This document shows, in pieces, positions 41,270 through 49,373 of a stretch of 64,000 nucleotides of DNA. A program made the position numbers and the translations under genes. The DNA lies in IMG/VR virus record IMGVR_UViG_3300010883_000002, one strand, 5' to 3'. The stretch's first letter is position 1, and each line of letters begins with the position of its first letter. The DNA comes from an uncultured virus (IMG/VR IMGVR_UViG_3300010883_000002) (taxonomy: Duplodnaviria; Heunggongvirae; Uroviricota; Caudoviricetes). Below the pieces are notes generated by a model. The model was not told the DNA's origin and did no database searches. It saw only the letters and a list, made by a program, of their open reading frames with translations.

Positions 41270-44200
41270 ATGAAGTTTGCTCACATTGCAGATACACATA
41301 TTAGAAATTTAAAATATCATGACGAATACAATCATGTATTCGATCAGATGTACAAGACGTTAGCAGAAGAAAAGGTGGATTGCATAATTCACTGCGGTGA
41401 TATTGCACACACCAAAACACAGCTATCACCAGAATTTGTGGAGATGACTGCGAAGTTTTTCAAGAACTTGGCAGCGGTCGCTCCGACATATATTATTCTT
41501 GGAAACCACGACGGGAATCTTAAGAATGAAAATCGACAAGATGCCCTTACTCCCATCGTTGACGCACTGGATATTCCTAATCTTCACCTGTTGAAGTCTT
41601 CTGGAGAAACCATTGTGGGCGATGCTTTTGCTCTCAATGTCTTGAGCGTGTTTGATGAAGGTGGTTGGATAAAGCCTACAGACAAGGAACGTGTCAACAT
41701 TGCGCTTTATCACGGTTCAGTTCGTGGCGTTGTCACAGATACAGGCTGGGTGATGGAGCACGGAGATCACGATATTGAAATATTTGAAGATTTTGATTTT
41801 GCCTTCTTGGGAGATATTCACAAGACTAATCAAGTGGTGGACACAGACGGGCGTGTACGCTACCCCGGCTCAACAATTCAACAAAACCACGGGGAAACAA
41901 ACGACAAGGGATTCCTGATCTGGGACATTGAAGATAAAGATACTTTTGAAGTTTCACATCACCAGTTGTTGAATCCTTCGCCGTTTATCACAATTGAGTT
42001 GTCCAAGGCTGGACGAATGCCAAAGGGCATCAACATTCCTACAGGCGCACGTCTAAGGCTTGTTTGTAATCACAGTATTCCATTGCACAAGCTGAGAAGA
42101 GCGGTTGATATTGCTAAGACCAGATTCAACCCGTTGGAGATTACATTTTTAAATAATGCTACTGATAGTCGTGGCAGCGTGGATGCCTTGTCGGGGGATT
42201 ATATACAAGAAGATTTACGAGACATAAGCGTACAAGAAAAGTTTATTTCTGAGTACCTTAAAGACTATGGCATTAATGATGAAATGCTTAAGCGTGTTTG
42301 TACATTAAATAAAACATATAACACCTCTGTTGAAAATTCGGAGACAGTAAAGAGAAATGTCAACTGGCGCTTGAAGTCTCTCTACTGGGACAATCTTTTT
42401 AATTTTGGCTCAAACAACAAGGTAGATTTTTCTGCCCTTAGTGGGATCGTTGGTATATTTGGGAAGAATTTTTCTGGCAAGTCTAGCGTGATTGACAGCT
42501 TGTTGTACACTTTGTATAACAGCACGTCCAAGGGTAACAGAAAGAATCTCAACTCTATTAACCAGAGTAAAAGCTGGGGTAAAGGAAAGGTAGAAATTGA
42601 GATAGGTGACAACCTATACACGGTCGAGCGCCGTTCTGAAAAGTATATTAAAAAGGTCAAGGGGGAAGATACCTATGAGGCAAAGACCGACCTTAATTTT
42701 TGGTCGAAAAATACTGTCACTGGCGAGTTGAAATCTTTAAACGGGTTGGACAGAAACGGGACAGATAAAAACATTAGAATGTTGTTCGGCACGTTAGAAG
42801 ACTTCCTTCTTACTTCGATGGCTTCACAGCTAGGATCGCTGGCATTTATTGCAGAGGGTTCAACAAAGAGAAAGGAGATACTGGCGAAGTTTTTGGACTT
42901 AGAAATTTTTGAAAAGAAATTTAAATTAGCCAAAGATGACGCTGCTGATTTGCGAAGCTCTCTCCGTAGGCTTGAGAAGATTGACTTTGAAGAGCGCACA
43001 GATAATATATCTGGTCTGTTGGAGAAACACAATTCCGAGATTGTATCTCAAAAGGAGAGGTGTACACAGCTTAGGGAGTCTATCGCAGGGTGGACTGAGA
43101 AGGTGGGACAATTAGAAGAGACAATCAGTGCAATCCCAGCAGAGATTATTAATGTTAAAGACGTGACGGCTATTTTGAAATCAGCAGAGGGACAAGTAGA
43201 TACCATCACACATGAGAATCGTTCTTTTGGCAAAAAAACAAAAACGAATCGAACGACATTAGAAAAGATTGATTCTTTTCTTGACAGTTTTGATATTGGG
43301 GGTTATAACCACAAGCAGGTTATGATTGATGAAGCTAGAGCAGATATGACTTCTTTGTTGCGAGAGATTGAACAACAAGAGTCTTCTTTGTTGGTAGAGG
43401 AAAAGAAGATTGACCTTCTTTCAACTGTGCCCTGTGGAGAGCAATTCCCACAATGTCGCTTTATTAAAGATGCGTTCGCAGCATTGGAAAGCATTGGACT
43501 AACCAGAGATAAGATAGAAGAGATAAGGCAAAAAAGAGGCGTGGCTTCATCCAAGGTGGAAAGCCTAGCTCCTGAAAAGGTGGCAGAGTATATTGAGAAT
43601 TATAATAAACTTCTTGACAAAAAATCTTCTACTGCATCTGAACTGGCACAACTTGAATTAAAGATCGCTAGGAACAAGACTCAGGCATACAAGCTTAGGT
43701 CAGATATTAAATCACATAAGAAGAAGTTGCAAGAGTACGAAGAGAACAAAGAAGCAATTGAAAACTTAGAAGCATTAATAGACCAGAAAAAAACTTACGT
43801 CTTTAACATAGACGACGCAGAGTTGAATCTAACAATATGCGAAGAAGCCTTAACATCACTTTATCGAGAAAATGGCTCACTAACCCAACAGCTTCAAGAT
43901 TTGGAAGACAGTAGGGCAGAGTTGGTAGAAACAAGAGAAGAGTATGCGGCTTACGATCTTTTTCAAAAGAGCATGGACACTAATGGTATTTCTCTTGACA
44001 TTATCAAAAACAAGCTCCCGGTTATTAACTCGGAGATTGCTAGTGTTTTAGCAAATATTGTTGACTTTCAGGTGTATGTTGAAAACGAAGACAAGAGGCT
44101 TGAAATCTTTATTAAGCATCCAAAGTTTGAGGCACGTCCTCTTGAAATGGGTTCGGGAGCCGAGAAGACTATTGCTAGTATGGCAATACGGATGGCACTG

Positions 44201-44422
44201 TTAAACGTTTCTTCAATGCCAAAGGGAGATATTTTTATTCTAGACGAACCCGGCACGGCACTGGATGAAGAAAATATGGAAGGTTTTGTTAGAATCTTGG
44301 ATCTTGTTAAGTCACACTACAAAACGGTATTGTTGATTTCTCATTTAGATTCGTTGAAAGATTGTGTGGACAAGCAGATTTTGATTGATAAGAAGAGAAA
44401 CTTTGCGTATGTTAATCAATAA
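41270..44422 (+). CDS. Single-chain Mre11(SbcD/gp47)-Rad50(SbcC/gp46) nuclease-ATPase fusion
   Basis: Phosphoesterase motifs ADTH, GDIAH, GNHD, YHG and LGDIH, then Walker A GKNFSGKS, coiled coil, signature MGSGAE, Walker B ILDE and H-loop ISH, all in one ORF. Confidence 0.92.
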   Translation: MKFAHIADTHIRNLKYHDEYNHVFDQMYKTLAEEKVDCIIHCGDIAHTKTQLSPEFVEMTAKFFKNLAAVAPTYIILGNHDGNLKNENRQDALTPIVDALDIPNLHLLKSSGETIVGDAFALNVLSVFDEGGWIKPTDKERVNIALYHGSVRGVVTDTGWVMEHGDHDIEIFEDFDFAFLGDIHKTNQVVDTDGRVRYPGSTIQQNHGETNDKGFLIWDIEDKDTFEVSHHQLLNPSPFITIELSKAGRMPKGINIPTGARLRLVCNHSIPLHKLRRAVDIAKTRFNPLEITFLNNATDSRGSVDALSGDYIQEDLRDISVQEKFISEYLKDYGINDEMLKRVCTLNKTYNTSVENSETVKRNVNWRLKSLYWDNLFNFGSNNKVDFSALSGIVGIFGKNFSGKSSVIDSLLYTLYNSTSKGNRKNLNSINQSKSWGKGKVEIEIGDNLYTVERRSEKYIKKVKGEDTYEAKTDLNFWSKNTVTGELKSLNGLDRNGTDKNIRMLFGTLEDFLLTSMASQLGSLAFIAEGSTKRKEILAKFLDLEIFEKKFKLAKDDAADLRSSLRRLEKIDFEERTDNISGLLEKHNSEIVSQKERCTQLRESIAGWTEKVGQLEETISAIPAEIINVKDVTAILKSAEGQVDTITHENRSFGKKTKTNRTTLEKIDSFLDSFDIGGYNHKQVMIDEARADMTSLLREIEQQESSLLVEEKKIDLLSTVPCGEQFPQCRFIKDAFAALESIGLTRDKIEEIRQKRGVASSKVESLAPEKVAEYIENYNKLLDKKSSTASELAQLELKIARNKTQAYKLRSDIKSHKKKLQEYEENKEAIENLEALIDQKKTYVFNIDDAELNLTICEEALTSLYRENGSLTQQLQDLEDSRAELVETREEYAAYDLFQKSMDTNGISLDIIKNKLPVINSEIASVLANIVDFQVYVENEDKRLEIFIKHPKFEARPLEMGSGAEKTIASMAIRMALLNVSSMPKGDIFILDEPGTALDEENMEGFVRILDLVKSHYKTVLLISHLDSLKDCVDKQILIDKKRNFAYVNQ

Positions 44423-44452
44423 GCCTCTAATTATTAATACTGGAGGTGTTAT

Positions 44453-44695
44453 ATGATGAAACAAATAGCAGACAAATTCCTTGAAAAATTCGCATCAAGA
44501 AAACTTATTGCGTGGGCAACAGCCACTTGTGCGCTCTTCCTTAGTCACTTAACTTCACATGATTGGGTCATGTTAACTATGGTTTATATTGGCTCACAGG
44601 CAGCAGTGGATCTGGTGGTTGCACTAAAGCAGGGCAAGTTCGTTTCACCTGAGTTAAGAGAGCATTACAGCCCTAAGACAAAGAAGGTTGAGTAG
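44453..44695 (+). CDS. Putative holin (two TM helices)
   Basis: SRKL followed by two hydrophobic helices, YIGSQAAVD and a basic C-terminus; SD GGAGG and a CTAATTAT motif upstream. Confidence 0.55.
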   Translation: MMKQIADKFLEKFASRKLIAWATATCALFLSHLTSHDWVMLTMVYIGSQAAVDLVVALKQGKFVSPELREHYSPKTKKVE

Positions 44696-45098
44696 TATGG
44701 TGCTCTGGGTGAAAAAGGCTTGGAAGTGGACCAAGGCTAACTCAACGCTCCTATTGTTTGTTGCAGTAGGAATTATTTTGCTGTTGTTGGGTCAAACACA
44801 GCAGCTTAAGAAGCTCTTTCAATATCGCAAAGAAATGATGGCGAAAGACGAAGAGGCTTTAAAAAGTTACGTTGAAGAGACAGAAAAGATCCAACAGTGG
44901 CATGAAAGTGCTACACTGGCACTGGAAAAGGAACTAGAAGTTAAAAGCGAAAAACTGACCAAAGAGCACAAGAGAGCTATTGTTGCTGCGGTGAAAGAGG
45001 CAGAAGGCAATCCAGATGCATTCGCCAAAAAAATTAATGACCTTTGGGGATTGGATTATGTTCCACCTGAAAGTCTAGGAGTTGTTCACAATGATTAA
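44688..45098 (+). CDS. Membrane-anchored coiled-coil protein (i-spanin-like)
   Basis: N-terminal TM LLLFVAVGIILLLLG followed by a helical charged domain; overlaps the holin-like gene. Start may be the ATG at 44697. Confidence 0.5.
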   Translation: MSSMVLWVKKAWKWTKANSTLLLFVAVGIILLLLGQTQQLKKLFQYRKEMMAKDEEALKSYVEETEKIQQWHESATLALEKELEVKSEKLTKEHKRAIVAAVKEAEGNPDAFAKKINDLWGLDYVPPESLGVVHND

Positions 45099-45609
45099 AA
45101 GCTTTATCATACCAGTTCTTATTGCGAGCTTGGTATTCCCAGCATCGGTATTTGCCAACACACCAGAGCCTCCAGCGACAGAGAGCAAGGAAGCAGCGCC
45201 AGCCTCAACGGTGACGACACTTCCACGTTTGGAGCTTAAGTTTGAGTATTCTCTTCTTAAGGCGGATACAACTTTTACACCAACCAATGACGTGTACCTT
45301 TTAACACCAGCCTCGTTTGCCAAGATTTATACTGATTGGGATTTCCGAGAGCGACAATACACTCTAGAAATTGATTACCTACAGAGGTCTTTTGATTTGA
45401 GGTATTCGCTTCAAGCACAAACGTTCACTGCTCAGAACCAACTCTTGACAGTTCAGCTTCAAAACAAGAACGAATATATTGAAAGAATTGAGCCACTGGC
45501 AATGAACAGCAGTGACAAGACTTGGTTGTGGGTGGTTCTAGGCGTAGGGATTGGAGTCGCTGGCTCGATTGGTATTATGTATGCGGTGAAGCCGGGGATC
45601 AATCCGTAA
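45091..45609 (+). CDS. Exported protein with signal peptide and C-terminal TM helix (possible spanin partner)
   Basis: ATG at 45091 after AGGAG. Signal peptide MIKSFIIPVLIASLVFPASVFA; C-terminal WLWVVLGVGIGVAGSIGIMYAV. Confidence 0.55.
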   Translation: MIKSFIIPVLIASLVFPASVFANTPEPPATESKEAAPASTVTTLPRLELKFEYSLLKADTTFTPTNDVYLLTPASFAKIYTDWDFRERQYTLEIDYLQRSFDLRYSLQAQTFTAQNQLLTVQLQNKNEYIERIEPLAMNSSDKTWLWVVLGVGIGVAGSIGIMYAVKPGINP

Positions 45610-45965
45610 TGGAAAAAGACCCTGACAACATTGCCGCACTTGAAAAGGCTATTTCTAAGAAATATGGTAAGAAGACAGTAGAAAATCCAAAATCATCGTG
45701 GAATGAGGATAAAGAGCAGGAATATTTAGAACAACTAAAAATTATAGAGTCACGACTAGACGAGCTTTCCGAGAAACTAGAGAAGATAGAAGTAAATGGG
45801 GTTTTTGTTTCCAAGAAACTATTTAATAAGGAAAGAATTAGTAGAACTTGCCCTGCTTGCCAAACATATTCTTTTAGTAAACAGGATGACTTATACATGG
45901 TGAAATACAAATGTTGTTTTAAATGTTATATTAAAAACATCGAGGGGAGAAAGCATGACTATTAA
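45609..45965 (+). CDS. Small protein with C-terminal CxxC...CxxC zinc ribbon
   Basis: TAATG-coupled start at 45609 (MEKDPD...); CPAC and CCFKC. Confidence 0.65.
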   Translation: MEKDPDNIAALEKAISKKYGKKTVENPKSSWNEDKEQEYLEQLKIIESRLDELSEKLEKIEVNGVFVSKKLFNKERISRTCPACQTYSFSKQDDLYMVKYKCCFKCYIKNIEGRKHDY

Positions 45966-46704
45966 ACGAGAGAAGATCAAAGAGGTTTTCGATGAAGAGC
46001 TAATTTCCTATATGAAAGAGAAGTACCCACAAGGTCTTGATGAGGGAGTTATGGATTCTTTGAAATCGGCTGGCAAGGGTATTGCCAATTATTATCAGGC
46101 GATGTTGACAAACTACGCCGACCAGTTAGATCAAATGGTTAAACAAAATTTTGTCCCACCGGAAGCGGCAGAGGCGGCAACTGAAGAAGTACCGGAAGCG
46201 GAAGAATTTGCCAAGATGGACCCAGACAAGCAAAAGGATGCGGTCAGTAGCCTTGGCGACCTCGCAGATGAAGCTGCTGTAGCTGCTGGAAAGCAGGATG
46301 GCGCAGAAGAATCCGGCGACGAGTTAGAAGACATTGGCGATGTGGCTGATAAGATTGAAGACAAGATTGATAGCGGCGAGGGCGTTGGTAGCGCCCACGA
46401 ACAGGGCGGCACGGTTCAGAAAGCGGAAATGGACAAGACTCAACTTAGAGCCTTGGAAGTATTCCGAGATCACAAACTTGTAAAAGTTGCAGTTGAGAAA
46501 ATTTTCAGCAGCAAGCCTGAGTTTGGTGAAGCTCTTTTAGACTTCTTTTCTGATGCTGTTGGTGCAACCGACAACAAAGGCTCTGCCGAACAAGCCTTGA
46601 AAGAAGCAATCACCAAAGCTATTAAGTCAGGTGCAATTACCAAAGCACAATTGAAGGTTTTGAAAGAAGCTGTAATAAAAAGTAAAAGGAGAAAACGATC
46701 ATGA
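45955..46704 (+). CDS. Acidic hypothetical protein, possible internal head protein
   Basis: SD GAGGGG. N-terminal IKREKIKEVFDEEL leader, LDEG and LKEA putative protease sites. Confidence 0.55.
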   Translation: MTIKREKIKEVFDEELISYMKEKYPQGLDEGVMDSLKSAGKGIANYYQAMLTNYADQLDQMVKQNFVPPEAAEAATEEVPEAEEFAKMDPDKQKDAVSSLGDLADEAAVAAGKQDGAEESGDELEDIGDVADKIEDKIDSGEGVGSAHEQGGTVQKAEMDKTQLRALEVFRDHKLVKVAVEKIFSSKPEFGEALLDFFSDAVGATDNKGSAEQALKEAITKAIKSGAITKAQLKVLKEAVIKSKRRKRS

Positions 46705-46895
46705 AGAAGGTAAGCGAGATTTTAGAAGAAGCTATTAGTAAATTGGAAGAGACACGAAAAGATGCTGGCAAATTTGAAGAAAAAGGAAATGCCTCTGCTG
46801 GTGTTCGTGTGAGAAAGCAAGCCCAAGTTGTTCGTGCTTTGCTTAAGGACTTACGGGCGAAAGTTCAAGACCTTAAAAGCGAACAGTCAGAATAG
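46701..46895 (+). CDS. Histone H1-like Hc1 family nucleoid protein
   Basis: KFEEKGNASAGVRVRK...LKDLR matches the Hc1 pattern KGNxxAGxRxRK; 64 aa; SD AGGAG. Confidence 0.75.
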   Translation: MKKVSEILEEAISKLEETRKDAGKFEEKGNASAGVRVRKQAQVVRALLKDLRAKVQDLKSEQSE

Positions 46896-46908
46896 GAGAG
46901 TTAATGAC

Positions 46909-47466
46909 ATGGCTGATGTATTAGAAATTGTAAGAGGCATTTCGGACATTTTAACTAAAATGCACGATGGTGCTCTGGACGAGAAGGGTGAACCAGTAAA
47001 AATTGGTTTACGCAGAGAGGAAGAGATTCCAATTACGGACAGTAGGGTTGTTGACGGCTTCGCTGTGAAGTTTGATAACGAGAAGCTGTGTGTCTATTAT
47101 CACTCTGATGTAAAACTCAAAGAGGTGCATTCCAATGGTTTTGAAAACGAGATGAGCGGATATATTGATTCGGTTGTTTCTCACATTAAGAAGCAATACC
47201 GAAAAAATATTGGCTCACACCTTGGTCTTACTAAAGAGGGTGAAGTAGATGTTAAGGTGCAGACCATTAGCCGAGTCAGAAGCGCAGTTGTCGCTAGGCA
47301 AGATTTTAAAATTGGCGGCTTTGGAAAAGATGTTGACATTTTAGAAAACGAAAGCGACGACAGTGTTGATAAGAATTTTAAAAGTTGGCTCAAGATGGGC
47401 GACGAGGTTGGTTCAGGTGCAAAGAAGAATCAAGCTGATAGTAGAAAACAAGGGGATGAAGAATAA
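46909..47466 (+). CDS. Hypothetical protein
   Basis: Likely start is the ATG at 46909 (MADVLEIVRG) after AGGAG. Confidence 0.6.
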   Translation: MADVLEIVRGISDILTKMHDGALDEKGEPVKIGLRREEEIPITDSRVVDGFAVKFDNEKLCVYYHSDVKLKEVHSNGFENEMSGYIDSVVSHIKKQYRKNIGSHLGLTKEGEVDVKVQTISRVRSAVVARQDFKIGGFGKDVDILENESDDSVDKNFKSWLKMGDEVGSGAKKNQADSRKQGDEE

Positions 47467-47759
47467 TGGCTAATCAAATGAAAATTACCAAGACGAGGTT
47501 AAAGGAGATTATCTCTGAAGAACTTTCTCGATTTAATAACAGGCGAACTGTAGTCAAAAACGAAGCCTCTGATAACAAAACGTTTGAAATGGTTGATGCT
47601 ATTCTCAATGCTATGGAACCACAAGAGGCTTTTGAAAATCTTGTGCAGGCAATGGAAAAATCGCTAGTGCAGGAGCTACTTCTCTTTATTATCCAACAAT
47701 ATGAAATCCCCTTCGACGGCAACGACGAAGTGGAAGAGTACAATCCGTCAGATTTTTAA
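47466..47759 (+). CDS. Small protein with MKITKxRLKEIIxEE leader (possible internal head protein)
   Basis: TAATG coupling; leader motif shared with other small head-region ORFs. Confidence 0.6.
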   Translation: MANQMKITKTRLKEIISEELSRFNNRRTVVKNEASDNKTFEMVDAILNAMEPQEAFENLVQAMEKSLVQELLLFIIQQYEIPFDGNDEVEEYNPSDF

Positions 47760-47780
47760 AAGAGAATAGAGAGAGAATGA

Positions 47781-49358
47781 ATGTCTTATCAGCCAACCAA
47801 GGAAGAAATTGTCAGAGAAATTGTAAAGTGTGGAAAAGATCCTGTTTACTTTCTTAATAATTATGGGAAGATTGCCCATCCTGAACGTGGTTTGATTTCA
47901 TTTAAGACGTACCCTTTTCAAGACGACCTCCTTCAAAACTTCAAAGACCATAGATTCGCAGTTATTCTTAAAGCTAGACAGCTAGGCATTTCAACAATCG
48001 TTTCTGGATATATTGTTTGGCTGATGATGTTCCATCGAGACAAGAGCGTTCTCGTTATGGCAACCAAGTTTGGCACGGCAACAAACCTTGTCAAGAAAGT
48101 AAAAAACATTTTAAAGCATATTCCTGATTGGTTAAAAATTGCTCATGTCGAGGTAGATAATAGAACTTCGTTTGAGCTTACAAATGGTTCATTCATTAAA
48201 GCCTCATCAACGTCTGCCGATGCTGGACGTTCTGAGGCTCTTTCCTTGTTGGTGTTGGACGAAGCGGCACACATTGAGGGACTAGAAGAACTGTGGGCGG
48301 GTCTTTATCCCACCCTATCAACTGGTGGTAGCTGTATTGCACTGTCAACGCCCAACGGCGTTGGGAACTGGTTCCATAAAGCATATTCAGAAGCCGACGA
48401 AGGCATGAATGACTTCTTCCCGACGATCCTGCCGTGGGATGTACATCCAGAACGAGACATGGCGTGGTATGAAAAAGAAACTCGCAACATGGCGAAAAGG
48501 GAAATTGCACAAGAGCTTGAGTGCAACTTCAACATGTCTGGCGAGACAGTCATCCACCCTCAAGATATTCAAAGGTTGTCAACTTTAACTGCGAAGCCAG
48601 AACATAGAGCAGGGTTTGATAGAAATCTTTATATTTGGAAAAACTTTGATCCGGCAAATTCATATATAGTTTCTGCCGATGTTGCCCGTGGCGACGGAAA
48701 AGATTTTTCAACTTTTCACATCATTGATGTGACGAACATGGAACAGGTAGCAGAATATCGTGGGAAGCCCGACTTAGATTTGTTTGCAAATATATTGTTT
48801 GATGCTGGTGCTTCGTATGGGAACTGTATGATTGTCGTGGAGAACAACAATGTGGGCTATGCTGTTTTAACGAAATTGATAGAAAGAGAATATCCCAACG
48901 TATACCACTCAATTAAATCAACGCACGAATACATTGAACAATATCAAGCTGAGTCACGGTCAAATGCAGTGCCGGGGTTTACGACTTCTATGAAAACTAG
49001 ACCTTTGATTATAGCAAAATTAGAGGAATTCATTCGGAACAAACTAATTATAATTAACTCAGGTAGAACTATTACAGAGATTAAGACGTTTATCTGGAAC
49101 AATGGAAAGCCAGAAGCCATGAAAGGGTATAATGATGATTTGGTTATGGCTCTGGCTATAGCCTGTTGGGTAAGAGATACAGCATTGGTCGGAGGTCAAC
49201 GAGATTTAGAATATAAGAAGGCTCTTCTCGCTGGGTTCTCTAGGAGCAACACAACCTTTACCTCAACAATACCCGGTATGAATAATTATGATGCTGACCA
49301 AAAGCGACGAGATATAAAAGAACAGATGGACCCGTTTTTGTGGCTCACTAAAGGATAA
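47781..49358 (+). CDS. terL: Terminase large subunit (T4 gp17-like)
   Basis: YPFQ, Walker A KARQLGIST, Walker B LVLDEAA, STPNG, nuclease ADVARGDGKDFS and NDDLVMA. Confidence 0.96.
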   Translation: MSYQPTKEEIVREIVKCGKDPVYFLNNYGKIAHPERGLISFKTYPFQDDLLQNFKDHRFAVILKARQLGISTIVSGYIVWLMMFHRDKSVLVMATKFGTATNLVKKVKNILKHIPDWLKIAHVEVDNRTSFELTNGSFIKASSTSADAGRSEALSLLVLDEAAHIEGLEELWAGLYPTLSTGGSCIALSTPNGVGNWFHKAYSEADEGMNDFFPTILPWDVHPERDMAWYEKETRNMAKREIAQELECNFNMSGETVIHPQDIQRLSTLTAKPEHRAGFDRNLYIWKNFDPANSYIVSADVARGDGKDFSTFHIIDVTNMEQVAEYRGKPDLDLFANILFDAGASYGNCMIVVENNNVGYAVLTKLIEREYPNVYHSIKSTHEYIEQYQAESRSNAVPGFTTSMKTRPLIIAKLEEFIRNKLIIINSGRTITEIKTFIWNNGKPEAMKGYNDDLVMALAIACWVRDTALVGGQRDLEYKKALLAGFSRSNTTFTSTIPGMNNYDADQKRRDIKEQMDPFLWLTKG

Positions 49359-49373
49359 CGGTAAGGAAAAGAA

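Noticed and set aside
43614..43645. TTGACA inside the Mre11-Rad50 gene as a promoter
   Set aside because: No -10 hexamer at 16-18 nt spacing.
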